From Dehalococcoidia bacterium (lineage in GTDB: Bacteria; Chloroflexota; Dehalococcoidia; Lucifugimonadales; UBA1123): a DNA stretch of 64,000 nt. Shown one piece after another: positions 1 to 8,544 of this stretch. Each line of letters begins with the position of its first letter. The first letter of the stretch is position 1. The position numbers and the translations under genes were made by a program. Under the pieces are notes generated by a model, which ran no database searches, was not told the DNA's origin, and saw only the letters and a list, made by a program, of their open reading frames with translations. Location of the stretch: positions 1,588,631 through 1,652,630 of the forward strand of contig OY762210.1 in NCBI GenBank assembly GCA_963665255.1, in the 5' to 3' direction.

Positions 1-776
1 AGCAGAGTAGATTCGAGAGGAATTCGCCAGGAGCTATCCACGACCACACGTAGCGGCTGACGGGGCAGTGGAGTGCCGTCGGGCCTTCGAGCAGTAAGTT
101 GAGGATCGTCGGCTATAACCGTGCCTATGCCTGCCATTATGGCGTCGGAGCGTGCCCTGAGTTCATGCACGTAACGTCGAGACTCTTCACCAGTAATCCA
201 CTTCGAATCGCCCGTGCGCGTCGCGATCTTCCCGTCGAGGCTCATTGCGAACTTGGCGGTAACAAGCGGCCTGCCAGTTGAGACCAGCTTGGAGTGCGGC
301 GCACTTAGCTCATCAGCCTGATACTGACCCTGACCGACGTGAACGGCGATGCCAGCCCTTCTTAGCTGACCAATCCCCGATCCACTAACGCGAGGATTCT
401 TATCGATAGTCGCGACATGGACCTCGGAGACACCTGCGGCAATGATGGCCTCAGTACAGGGGGGTGTTCGCCCGTAATGTGAACAAGGCTCCAGGGTGAC
501 GTAGAGAGTGGCTCCACGCGCTAGGTGACCAGCCGCATTAAGAGCGACCACTTCGGCGTGGGCCTGCCCCGCAGGCTGGGTAAATCCCTCCCCCACAACG
601 CGGTCGCCTCTGACCAGTACCGCTCCGACCGGTGGATTTGGACTGGTAAGGCCAACGGCGCTCCAGGCCAGCTCGAGCGCTCGGGCCATGTGACCGCTTA
701 CAGTATCTTGTCGTCTTGAATTGCGGGGAGGCCCCGTCCAGCGAGAGTTCAGACCTGTATCGTCACGCTGATTCAT
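1..776 (-). CDS. ribD: Riboflavin biosynthesis protein RibD (deaminase + reductase); partial, C-terminus runs off the left edge
   Basis: Absent from the ORF track because it runs off the edge. My minus-strand translation from the ATG at 687..689 reads MARALELAWSAVGLTSPNPPVGAVLV..GQAHAEVVAL..TLEPCSHYGRTPPC (deaminase zinc motif HAE/PCxxC), then KFAMSLDGKIATRTGDSKWITG (reductase domain). An in-frame ATG at 774..776 would add 29 aa and overlap dcd by 14 nt, so the start is ambiguous (689 or 776). Confidence 0.88.
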   Translation of the reverse strand, partial: MNQRDDTGLNSRWTGPPRNSRRQDTVSGHMARALELAWSAVGLTSPNPPVGAVLVRGDRVVGEGFTQPAGQAHAEVVALNAAGHLARGATLYVTLEPCSHYGRTPPCTEAIIAAGVSEVHVATIDKNPRVSGSGIGQLRRAGIAVHVGQGQYQADELSAPHSKLVSTGRPLVTAKFAMSLDGKIATRTGDSKWITGEESRRYVHELRARSDAIMAGIGTVIADDPQLTARRPDGTPLPRQPLRVVVDSSWRIPLESTL

Positions 777-1353
777 CGCCGTTCATGGGCAGCTGGTAGT
801 CCCAGTAATACCTTGATGCCACAGGTCCGCCCTGGCCCTGATACTTGCTGCGGAGTGCACTAGATCCATACGGATTCTCTGCCGGCGTGGTCAACTGGGT
901 AAACGAGATGTGGCCGATCTTCATTCCCTTGTGGAGCGTTATGCCCAGGATTCCGACGTTGGAAAACTCGAGGGTTAACTTGCCAGTCCATCCGGGATCA
1001 ACGAATCCGGCCGTCGAATGAATCAGCAGACCGTAGCGGGCCAGGGAGCTCTTACCTTCGATCCTGGCTACGATGTCGTCCGGAATCGTCACGGCCTCCA
1101 GGGTGCTGCCTAGCGCGAACTGGCCAGGATGCAGAAGGAATGGTCGCCCTTCTTCAATCATTACCCTTTCGACAACGTCGTCGGCTGGTTTCATCACATC
1201 GATGTGCGTCCGCCAGTTGTTGCGGAAGACGAGGATCTCACTGTCCAGTCTGATGTCCACACTCGCTGGTTGTACCGCATTCGGACCAAGAGGATCGATA
1301 ATGATTCGGCCTTCCGACATCTGCTCTTTGATGGTTCGATCGCTGAGGATCAT
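763..1353 (-). CDS. dcd: dCTP deaminase
   Basis: 196-aa ORF. MILSDRTIKE..IDPL..VQPASVDIRL and GFVDPGWTGKLTLE are typical Dcd/dUTPase-fold motifs. Confidence 0.93.
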   Translation of the reverse strand: MILSDRTIKEQMSEGRIIIDPLGPNAVQPASVDIRLDSEILVFRNNWRTHIDVMKPADDVVERVMIEEGRPFLLHPGQFALGSTLEAVTIPDDIVARIEGKSSLARYGLLIHSTAGFVDPGWTGKLTLEFSNVGILGITLHKGMKIGHISFTQLTTPAENPYGSSALRSKYQGQGGPVASRYYWDYQLPMNGDESA

Positions 1354-1478
1354 GAGTGACGCACCCGTATTCTAGTTTCAGTGATGAACTCTATCGAGAA
1401 GATTTGTCCATGCGAAAGCGTCGACAGTATCCGGTTTCGCGGATTACTGGCGACGCCGTCCGCAAGTCTGACGAGCGT

Positions 1479-2360
1479 CTATTGAATTGAGAAAGCTGTA
1501 TGGACCGTGAGAGAAACCTCGAGTTCACCTCCGCTAATCGAAGTCGCAGCGGACTCGTCTGCCGCTAACGCAAATGCTGCCCGCGGCGCGTATGGGTCCA
1601 CACTCTGAGTCCTCACGGCAGAGTCCGTGATGTATTCAAGGCTTCCAAGTGTCACACCAGCTACATCGGCGATCTGCTGAGCCTTTTCCATTGCATCCAT
1701 GATCGCATTCTCACGCAACTGTGACATCACCTCGGAGGTATCCTCCACCGTGAAATTGATGCCATCAAATCTCGTGGCGTCGCCTCCGGCCTCAATCACA
1801 TCGTCGATCAAGGCCCCGACAGATTCCAGGTCTCTGATCTTCGCGGTGAGGTTGTTTGTCACTTCGTACCCAACGAGTTCACGCCGGTTTGATCTTCTTC
1901 CGTCCTCTTCGATCTCTATCCACTCATATTGCGGTCGGACGTTGAAGTTATGGGTCTGAATGTCGAGATCCTCAACTCCGTTTTCCGTAAGAGTATTCAT
2001 GATGGCGTCCATTGCGTCCGCGGCCATACCATTTGCATCTGAGACAGTCTCGGCCATGGATTCGACGCCAAGATTCAGTATCACCAGGTCTGGTTCCATT
2101 GAGACCTGTCCAGTCCCGGTCACCCAGATGCCTGCTTCTCCTGCCGCAACTTTGTCAAACAGTGCCGCGGACTGGGAGAGAGGAGCGCCGGTGGCCGCAC
2201 TTGCTGCAGTTACAACACCCAGTGATGCTGGCGCGGCCTCGTCGGTCTTGGTTTCCGGTTCGTGGGTCGCAGCCTCACTCTCGAGTGCGCATCCCACTAC
2301 CGCCACTACTAGCAGGACCGAGGCCGCTGCCAATGCCATGTTTTTCCACACCCTGTTCAT
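1479..2360 (-). CDS. SIMPL/DUF541-family secreted lipoprotein
   Basis: 293 aa. Signal peptide with a lipobox-like VVAVVGC. The C-terminal half resembles SIMPL (26-kDa periplasmic immunogenic protein) and ends ..GGELEVSLTVHTAFSIQ. GGAGG sits upstream of the ATG. Confidence 0.78.
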   Translation of the reverse strand: MNRVWKNMALAAASVLLVVAVVGCALESEAATHEPETKTDEAAPASLGVVTAASAATGAPLSQSAALFDKVAAGEAGIWVTGTGQVSMEPDLVILNLGVESMAETVSDANGMAADAMDAIMNTLTENGVEDLDIQTHNFNVRPQYEWIEIEEDGRRSNRRELVGYEVTNNLTAKIRDLESVGALIDDVIEAGGDATRFDGINFTVEDTSEVMSQLRENAIMDAMEKAQQIADVAGVTLGSLEYITDSAVRTQSVDPYAPRAAFALAADESAATSISGGELEVSLTVHTAFSIQ

Positions 2361-2516
2361 TCATAGACCTCCTTTTGATCTGCCTTGCATTTCTCTTGAT
2401 GTGGGCAACCACGAAATTGTGGCCCTCGTTGTATAGACGTTACAAGCGTCGTGTCTGTTCCAATTGATCCTTCTGAAACTGCCCTTCTAAGGTGCGTCCG
2501 CGGGTAAGGCCGCGGG

Positions 2517-3647
2517 CTAGTGACCTCTTCGTGATATCCAGAATGAAACTCCGATGAGGAGGATAAACAGAATTCCGAGGGCAATTTCCAATTGTAGTAG
2601 AGGGAGTTCGGGACGTGGCGGCACGTCGTCGCTCTCAACGGGCTGAATTCTAATTGAAGTGGCGGTTAGTGTTGGAGTCGGACTCGGCTCGCTCGTTGGA
2701 GTAGGCGTAAAGACAGGCGTGGGTGTAGGTGTAGCCGTCATTGTGGGAGTCGCGGTTGAGATGGGAGTCGGCGTTGGTTCGGGCGTCTCAGTGGGCACTG
2801 GGGTAGCAGTCGAGGTAGGAGAAGCTGTTGCGGTAGGCGTTGATGTTGGTGGCGCCTCCGTTACTGACTCCTGCGACGAGGTTGCACCCGCGACTTCGTC
2901 GGCTGCCCTTGCCTGTATGGGAGAGTCAGCCATTGCTAAGTCGGGTGCTGAAGTAGGTTCGGGCTCACTCTTCATTGCTGCAGCGACAGGAGGCGCCGTC
3001 GGGGCCGGTGGTGCGGCCGCTGGTGCCACTGGAGCCGCAGCAGGGGCGGGAGCAGGAGCAGCCGGAGCCTGAGTGGGGGCGGAGGAAGCCTGGGCCTCCA
3101 TCGCTTGAACGGGAGCGGCGGCAGGTGCTGCTGGAGCTGCTGCCGCAGGGCCTGGAGCAGCCGGAGCCGGAGCGGCAGGTTGCTGAGGTGCCGCCGGGGC
3201 TGCTGCTGCTGGGGCCATGGCAGGTGCTGGTGCCATAGCAGGGGCTGCGGCAGCGGGGGGCTCGGACTCGATCCTCCTAGACTGTCTTGCCCATTCAGTT
3301 AGATCGGACTGCACAACAAGACCAGTCACGTCTGCGAGGATCAGCCCTACTAGCACGACTGCTGCTGCCGATGCGGCCAGGCGTACACCCAACACCCATC
3401 CGGTGCCGCGCTTCATTGGCGCCGGACTGTCTACAATCGCGAATGAACGTGCGGTCTGAATCTCCGGCAACTGACGCAATGCCGACACCGCCAGCCTGAG
3501 CGATTCAAGCTCCTGCTGGCACCCTTCACACTCAGCCAGGTGACGTTCAATGCGGAGGCGCTCAGAGGTGTTGACCTCTCCGTCGATGTACGACGACAGC
3601 AGTTCTCGCGTTCCTCCATGTCTGAACCTGTCAAAAAAACCTAGCAA
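2517..3647 (-). CDS. Anti-sigma factor (zinc-binding ZAS type), membrane protein with a long low-complexity external region
   Basis: 376 aa. The N-terminal H36-x3-C40-x2-C43 (HLAECEGC) is the ZAS motif. It lies 15 nt downstream of the ECF sigma gene. It has a TM helix near aa 85-110 and a second hydrophobic helix at aa 350-370. Confidence 0.8.
   Translation of the reverse strand: MLGFFDRFRHGGTRELLSSYIDGEVNTSERLRIERHLAECEGCQQELESLRLAVSALRQLPEIQTARSFAIVDSPAPMKRGTGWVLGVRLAASAAAVVLVGLILADVTGLVVQSDLTEWARQSRRIESEPPAAAAPAMAPAPAMAPAAAAPAAPQQPAAPAPAAPGPAAAAPAAPAAAPVQAMEAQASSAPTQAPAAPAPAPAAAPVAPAAAPPAPTAPPVAAAMKSEPEPTSAPDLAMADSPIQARAADEVAGATSSQESVTEAPPTSTPTATASPTSTATPVPTETPEPTPTPISTATPTMTATPTPTPVFTPTPTSEPSPTPTLTATSIRIQPVESDDVPPRPELPLLQLEIALGILFILLIGVSFWISRRGH
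2658..3263 (-). repeat. Coding low-complexity tract (Ala/Pro-rich then Thr/Pro-rich, about 200 aa) inside the anti-sigma gene
   Basis: Translation reads PAAAAPAMAPAPAMAPAAAAPAAPQQPAAPAPAAP... and then TSTPTATASPTSTATPVPTETPEPTPTPISTATPTMTATPTPTP. The DNA shows degenerate GCN/CCN and ACN/CCN periodicity. Confidence 0.85.
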
Positions 3648-3662
3648 GTTGAACGAGTCCTC

Positions 3663-4283
3663 TTACTCATCAAGACGTATCCAGTCCCCTAGTAGTTCCC
3701 GACGCTCCATCAGGGCATCCCTCACACGAGACCTCGCCCGGCTCAACCTGGACTTTACGGTCCCAATGGACACGCTCATCGCCTCGGCAGCCTCGCTGTA
3801 ACTTAGTCCCTGCACATCGACAAGCACGAGGGCCGTTCTCTGGTCGATTGCCAGTGTCAGGATCGCTCGCTGGATTTCGCTGTTGAGTTCACTGCGCTGT
3901 GCAGCCTCTTCAGGGGACTCATCACCGGAAACGGGCTGAAACGAAGGACTCTCCAGAGATTGCTCTAGTGAACTCTCGGGCCTGCGTTGACGACGGCGTA
4001 GAACATCCCGGCTGCCGTTTGCTGCGATCCTGAAGAGCCACGATCTGAGGTTGCCTCCCCTGAAACGGCTGAGCGATCGGTAGGCCGAAATGAACGTGTC
4101 CTGGGCTACGTCCTCTGCCTGCCCTCGGTTGCCCAGCATACGCGCGGCGAGGTTTACGACCTGGTTCTGGTATCGAGCGACAATCCTGTTAAATGCACAT
4201 AGATCGCCGCTCTGAGCCTGACAGATCAGTGCGCCGTCGTCATAGCAGCTGTCCGTGTGACTGCCTATTGTCGCCCGCTCCAA
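3663..4283 (-). CDS. ECF (sigma-70 family, RpoE-like) RNA polymerase sigma factor
   Basis: 206 aa. Region 2 (FNRIVARYQNQVVNLAARMLGN..AEDVAQDTFISAY) and region 4 HTH (LSYSEAAEAMSVSIGTVKSRLSRAR). TTG start. Confidence 0.9.
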   Translation of the reverse strand: MERATIGSHTDSCYDDGALICQAQSGDLCAFNRIVARYQNQVVNLAARMLGNRGQAEDVAQDTFISAYRSLSRFRGGNLRSWLFRIAANGSRDVLRRRQRRPESSLEQSLESPSFQPVSGDESPEEAAQRSELNSEIQRAILTLAIDQRTALVLVDVQGLSYSEAAEAMSVSIGTVKSRLSRARSRVRDALMERRELLGDWIRLDE

Positions 4284-4417
4284 ATTGCCGACTCAGAAGC
4301 CGGCCTGTGTGTGACCCGGTAACCTGCAACTACCCTATAATTGTAACTGCGCCTGGCTCCAGAGATTCTCCGGTGCCGAAGTATCGACCAGGAATAAGCA
4401 GCCTTGAGAACTCACTG

Positions 4418-5002
4418 ATGAGAAGAATTGCCAGAGAGATGATCGAAACGATCCTATTGGCTTTGCTGCTGTTTGTGTTGATGGAGTTCAGCGTGCAGAA
4501 CTTCAAGGTCGAGGGATCCAGTATGACCCCGACCCTTGCGCAAGACCAATACCTTCTCGTCAACAAGATTGCATATGCCCGAGTCGGTATGGATGATCTT
4601 GGTTCGTTAATACCATTCGTGCACGCGTACACTAACGGATCAGAACGCCCCATCTATGCATTTAGGCCTCCCCAATATGGCGAGGTTGTGATATTCCACT
4701 TTCCGAACGACCCGTCACGAGATTTCGTTAAGCGGGTGATCGGCGTTCCCGGCGACAGCATAGAAGTCAGGCGCGGCGAAGTGTACCGTAATGGGCAGCC
4801 TATAGACGAACCGTTTATCATCAGTGCCAGTTCAAGAAGCTACGATCCCGTCTTCGTAGATGAAGGTCACTACTACGTCCTTGGGGACAACAGGCGCTCC
4901 TCGAACGATTCGCGCGACTGGGGCCTCGTCCCCCAGGAGAACCTGATAGGTAGAGCCTGGATGAGGTACTGGCCACCAGGCAGTCTCGGGTTCATTGAAT
5001 AG
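4418..5002 (+). CDS. lepB: Signal peptidase I
   Basis: Motifs GSSMTPTL (catalytic Ser), KRVIGVPGD (catalytic Lys) and GDNRRSSNDSRDWG. I place the start at ATG 4418 (MRRIAREMIET + TM). The ORF-track start at 4193 would overlap the divergent sigma gene. Confidence 0.9.
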   Translation: MRRIAREMIETILLALLLFVLMEFSVQNFKVEGSSMTPTLAQDQYLLVNKIAYARVGMDDLGSLIPFVHAYTNGSERPIYAFRPPQYGEVVIFHFPNDPSRDFVKRVIGVPGDSIEVRRGEVYRNGQPIDEPFIISASSRSYDPVFVDEGHYYVLGDNRRSSNDSRDWGLVPQENLIGRAWMRYWPPGSLGFIE

Positions 5003-5106
5003 CTCTTTCATCCTCAAGTCTAACTGCGGATTAGGCGTCAAAGGCGGGGTCATTACTCCAATGCCACAAACCTCGAAACGGGATCATGTACAAAGCTAGG
5101 TGAAGC

Positions 5107-5135
5107 TTGACAAGCATCATTTACTTGAGTATCGT
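5107..5135 (+). promoter_or_regulatory. Candidate sigma-70 promoter for the Fur-family gene
   Basis: TTGACA (5107..5112), a 17-nt spacer, then TATCGT (5130..5135). Confidence 0.35.
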
Positions 5136-5152
5136 AGCCGCCAAGTCAATTT

Positions 5153-5165
5153 TGGAATCATTCCA
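5153..5165. promoter_or_regulatory. Perfect 6-1-6 palindrome TGGAAT-C-ATTCCA; candidate Fur-family operator
   Basis: Perfect inverted repeat just downstream of the putative -10 and 60 nt upstream of the Fur-family start. It shares the AAT-N-ATT core of Fur/Zur/PerR 7-1-7 boxes. Confidence 0.4.
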
Positions 5166-5224
5166 GACGTTTAGGAAGTTCACAAACTCCCTGAATAGAG
5201 GCGAATCACGCAAGGAGACGCCAC

Positions 5225-5686
5225 TTGGATTCACTGGTTCGGGCTCGAATCGATGAGATGCGAAACGCGCTTTTGAATCAAGGCATTTCCATCACAAGGC
5301 GCAGGGACAAGATGCTTCAGGCACTTGCCTCTAATGATCGCCATCCCAGCGTCAACGAGCTCCATGCAGAAGTGAGACGCTGGTATCCCTCCACCAGCCT
5401 GGCCACCATCTACAACACCATTGAGTTGCTGAAGGACGCGGACCAGATACTGGAACTGGAATTCAGTGGATCCGCCAACCGCTATGACGGTAGACGGCCA
5501 CAATCCCATCCCCATCTAATCTGTCTCTCCTGCGAGTCCATTGAAGATATGGATGTCGAGTCATCCCATTCGGACCACCTGGATAGACTCTCTGAAGACA
5601 CAGGCTATCGCCTCGTGCGCCAGCGCACAGACTATTATGGTTTCTGCCCAGACTGCCAGGAGCAGACTGCGGCAGCTTCTGACTGA
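5225..5686 (+). CDS. Fur-family metalloregulator (Fur/Zur/PerR type not resolved)
   Basis: 153 aa. Winged-helix N-terminus (ITRRRDKMLQALASNDRHPSVNELHAEV) and two CxxC pairs (CLSC...CPDC) for the structural Zn site. TTG start preceded by AAGGAG with a 7-nt spacer. Confidence 0.85.
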   Translation: MDSLVRARIDEMRNALLNQGISITRRRDKMLQALASNDRHPSVNELHAEVRRWYPSTSLATIYNTIELLKDADQILELEFSGSANRYDGRRPQSHPHLICLSCESIEDMDVESSHSDHLDRLSEDTGYRLVRQRTDYYGFCPDCQEQTAAASD

Positions 5687-5749
5687 CGGCGGAATCGAAA
5701 GTGCAGGGGAGGAGTGAGCCTCCTGCAACGAAATGAAAGGAGGACCCGG

Positions 5750-7150
5750 ATGGCAACGAGAGAAGACATTGCTTTGATGTCGCACCTGATGCGTCGAGCC
5801 GGTTTCGGCGCAACTCGTGACGAGGTTGAGCGCTATTGCGAGATTGGGTATGAGCAGACAGTAGAAATGCTGATTGACTCGGACAGCCAGCCGCCAGTAG
5901 ATGAGTACACCTTGTATAGGTACCATCCTATTACTGAGGTGCCCGGTGGTGCGGCAGCACCAGGACAGGCCAACTGGCTGTACTGGATGGTAACAACCCA
6001 GCGGCCTCTGGAAGAGAAGATGGCGCTTTTCTGGCACCATGTCTTCGCGACCGGCAACGCTAAGGTCGACAACTGCAACCACCTGCTCGATCAGATCGAT
6101 ATGTTCCGTGAGCTTGGAATGGCGAACTATCGAGACCTGCTGCTTGCCCTTGCGCAGGATCCTGCTATGATCTACTGGCTGGACAACAACGAGAACCATA
6201 AGCACGCTCCCAATGAAAACTGGGGACGCGAGCTTCTGGAACTGTTTAGCCTTGGAGTCGGCCACTACACCGAGACCGACGTGTTCGAGTGCTCTCGCGC
6301 ATTCACTGGTTGGACGATCGATGCAAAGATGCCTCGTTACCCATACGGACGGCATCCTTGGAAGTTCAGCTTCAGGCCCGAGGACCACGACCAGACTGAG
6401 AAGACGTTCCTGGGTCGCACGGGCAACTTCAACGGCGAGGACATCATCGACATCATCCTCGACCAGGAAGCATGCCCCAGGTTCATCACCAGGCACCTGT
6501 ACAACTTCTTCGTAGCAGACGAGCCTCAGGTACCTGCGTGGAACATCGAGCCACCTCGTAACCCCGAGGCAATCGAGGCGCTGTCGAAGACCCTCGTGGA
6601 CAACAACTACGATATCAAGCCGGTACTGCGAGAGATGTTCAACTCGGACTACTTCAAGGAAGCTCAATACCAGAAGGTCAAGAGTCCCACCGAGGTAGTA
6701 GTCGGCACACTTCGGGTTACCAAGGATATGACTGGTCCCGACCCGCGTCTTGAGGCGCTGGGCAAGGAGCCGGGTTACATGGGCCAGGACATCCTGGACC
6801 CACCGAGCGTCGAAGGCTGGCACACTGGCCGCGAGTGGATCAACAGCGGATCACTCGTCAAGCGCGTCAACTTCGTCGCAGACCGCGTGAGCAACGTTGA
6901 ACTCGAGGGCGTTCGATCTATGGTCGACTACGTCGGTTCCAACGGTTCGACAATGTCCGCAAGTGATCTGGTGGACCGGTGCCTGGACATAATGGGCCCA
7001 CTCGAGGTTGACCAAAGAACGCACGATGAGTTGGTTTCCCACGTCTCAGCCGGTGGTGATGAAGTCGCCGTGGGTTCTGAGGACTTCCAGGAGAGGGCCA
7101 CTCAGACATTCGCGCTAATCGCTTCGACTAGGGAATACCAGTTCGGATAG
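5750..7150 (+). CDS. DUF1800-family protein
   Basis: HLMRRAGFGATRDEVE and LFWHHVFATG are characteristic DUF1800 motifs. Start chosen at ATG 5750, behind AAGGAGGA (5737..5744). Confidence 0.8.
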   Translation: MATREDIALMSHLMRRAGFGATRDEVERYCEIGYEQTVEMLIDSDSQPPVDEYTLYRYHPITEVPGGAAAPGQANWLYWMVTTQRPLEEKMALFWHHVFATGNAKVDNCNHLLDQIDMFRELGMANYRDLLLALAQDPAMIYWLDNNENHKHAPNENWGRELLELFSLGVGHYTETDVFECSRAFTGWTIDAKMPRYPYGRHPWKFSFRPEDHDQTEKTFLGRTGNFNGEDIIDIILDQEACPRFITRHLYNFFVADEPQVPAWNIEPPRNPEAIEALSKTLVDNNYDIKPVLREMFNSDYFKEAQYQKVKSPTEVVVGTLRVTKDMTGPDPRLEALGKEPGYMGQDILDPPSVEGWHTGREWINSGSLVKRVNFVADRVSNVELEGVRSMVDYVGSNGSTMSASDLVDRCLDIMGPLEVDQRTHDELVSHVSAGGDEVAVGSEDFQERATQTFALIASTREYQFG

Positions 7151-7233
7151 TCTAAGTCAGTACCGGAAACGGGCGGCCCTGTAACAGGGGCTGCCCCTTC
7201 CAAGCAGGCCAGTGAGCCAGAGGAGATGATGCA

Positions 7234-8388
7234 ATGGCTGCAAATGGCAATGGAAATGGGAAGCCCCCGGTCCTGGTTGTGCTCCAGTTGACCGGCGGGA
7301 ACGACTACTTCAATACGGTCATCCCGTACAACGATGAGCACTACTTCGACAGCCGCCCATCGCTTCAGATTCCGCAGGACCGCGTACTGAAGCTTGACGA
7401 CGATCTCGGCTTCCATCCGGCAATGGGCCCGATGAAGGACATCTACGAGAGCGGCGACATGGCGATTATCCACGGCATAGGGTACGCGAACTCGCCGAGG
7501 TCGCACTTCCGCTCGATGGACATCTGGCATACCTGTGAGCCGGACAAGGTTGGGACTGAGGGCTGGCTCGGTCGCGCCCTTCGAGAGATCGATCCCAACG
7601 GAGAGAACCCCGTAACCGGCGTCAACATCGGTCAGGCACTTCCGCGCGCGCTGGTTGCCCCAGGCGTGTCGGTAGCTTCTGTCGCCGATCTTTCGACTTA
7701 CGGGTTGCTGACCAGCATCGAGCAGCAGGAGCAGCGGGAGCAGATGCTCAGCCGCTTCGCCAACATGTACGGGCCCGCAGTGGGCACCGGCCAGGTGATG
7801 GAATATCTCGGCCAGACCGGACTCGACGCGTTGAAGGGTGCAGACATCCTGAAGGTCGCTCCCGACAAGTACGAGTCTACAGTCGAGTATGGCGCAAGCC
7901 CAATCGCCTCGAAGCTCCGTGACATCGCACAGATTCACACGGCCGACGTTGGCACCAGGGTCTTCTACTGCGACTACGGTTCGTTCGACACCCACGCTGC
8001 CCAGGCGACGACTCACGCGAAGCTTTGGCAGGACGTGTCTGAAGCCGTGCAGGACTTCTGGGACGATCTTCGCGAGAACAACGCTGACGACAATGTCGTC
8101 ATGATCATGTTCAGCGAGTTCGGTCGCAGGGTAAGAGATAATGGCTCCGGCACCGACCACGGTGCGGCTGGCGTAGGTTTCGCCATTGGCCCGAGCGTCA
8201 AGGGCGGAATGTACTCCGAGTACCCGGAGACCAGGCCCGAGGCTCTCGAGCAGGGCGACCTTGTCCCGAACCAAGACTATCGCGGCTTCTACACGACGAT
8301 CCTCGAGAACCACCTCCACCTGGAGGCTCCGCCGATCGTCAACGGTCAGTTCGACGCCCCTGGCTTCCTGCAGACCAACGGCCACTAA
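7234..8388 (+). CDS. DUF1501-family protein (sulfatase/alkaline-phosphatase-like fold)
   Basis: LTGGNDYFNT, GYANSPRSHFRSMDIW, GSFDTHA and SEFGRRVRDNGSGTDHG match the DUF1501 pattern. It is the usual genomic partner of DUF1800. I see no Tat or Sec signal. Confidence 0.85.
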   Translation: MAANGNGNGKPPVLVVLQLTGGNDYFNTVIPYNDEHYFDSRPSLQIPQDRVLKLDDDLGFHPAMGPMKDIYESGDMAIIHGIGYANSPRSHFRSMDIWHTCEPDKVGTEGWLGRALREIDPNGENPVTGVNIGQALPRALVAPGVSVASVADLSTYGLLTSIEQQEQREQMLSRFANMYGPAVGTGQVMEYLGQTGLDALKGADILKVAPDKYESTVEYGASPIASKLRDIAQIHTADVGTRVFYCDYGSFDTHAAQATTHAKLWQDVSEAVQDFWDDLRENNADDNVVMIMFSEFGRRVRDNGSGTDHGAAGVGFAIGPSVKGGMYSEYPETRPEALEQGDLVPNQDYRGFYTTILENHLHLEAPPIVNGQFDAPGFLQTNGH

Positions 8389-8544
8389 GAACTGTAATTT
8401 GTACGCCCGCCGCAACTCCTCCCTTAACTGTGGAGGTTGGGGCGGGCGTTCCTCTATTGGGCCCCTGGCCTCTGCCAAAGATGTAAGGGTTCTGAGGTAA
8501 CGATCGATGGACTCGACCAATTCATGTGTTGGGAGCAGTGCACC

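Noticed and set aside
2659-3072. 137-aa Gly/Val/Ala-rich plus-strand ORF
   Set aside because: It is the mirror image of the Ala/Pro and Thr/Pro low-complexity tract of the anti-sigma gene on the minus strand, so it is an artefact of that repeat.
4193-4417. 75-aa N-terminal extension of lepB in the ORF track
   Set aside because: It would overlap the start of the divergent ECF sigma gene and run through a TATAAT-like element (4336..4341). The sequence is Cys/Arg/Pro-rich and not protein-like. The TM anchor typical of LepB begins right after ATG 4418.
5561-6823. 420-aa minus-strand ORF
   Set aside because: It lies antisense to the DUF1800 gene and the end of the Fur-family gene. It has no motifs and its composition is typical of an antisense frame.
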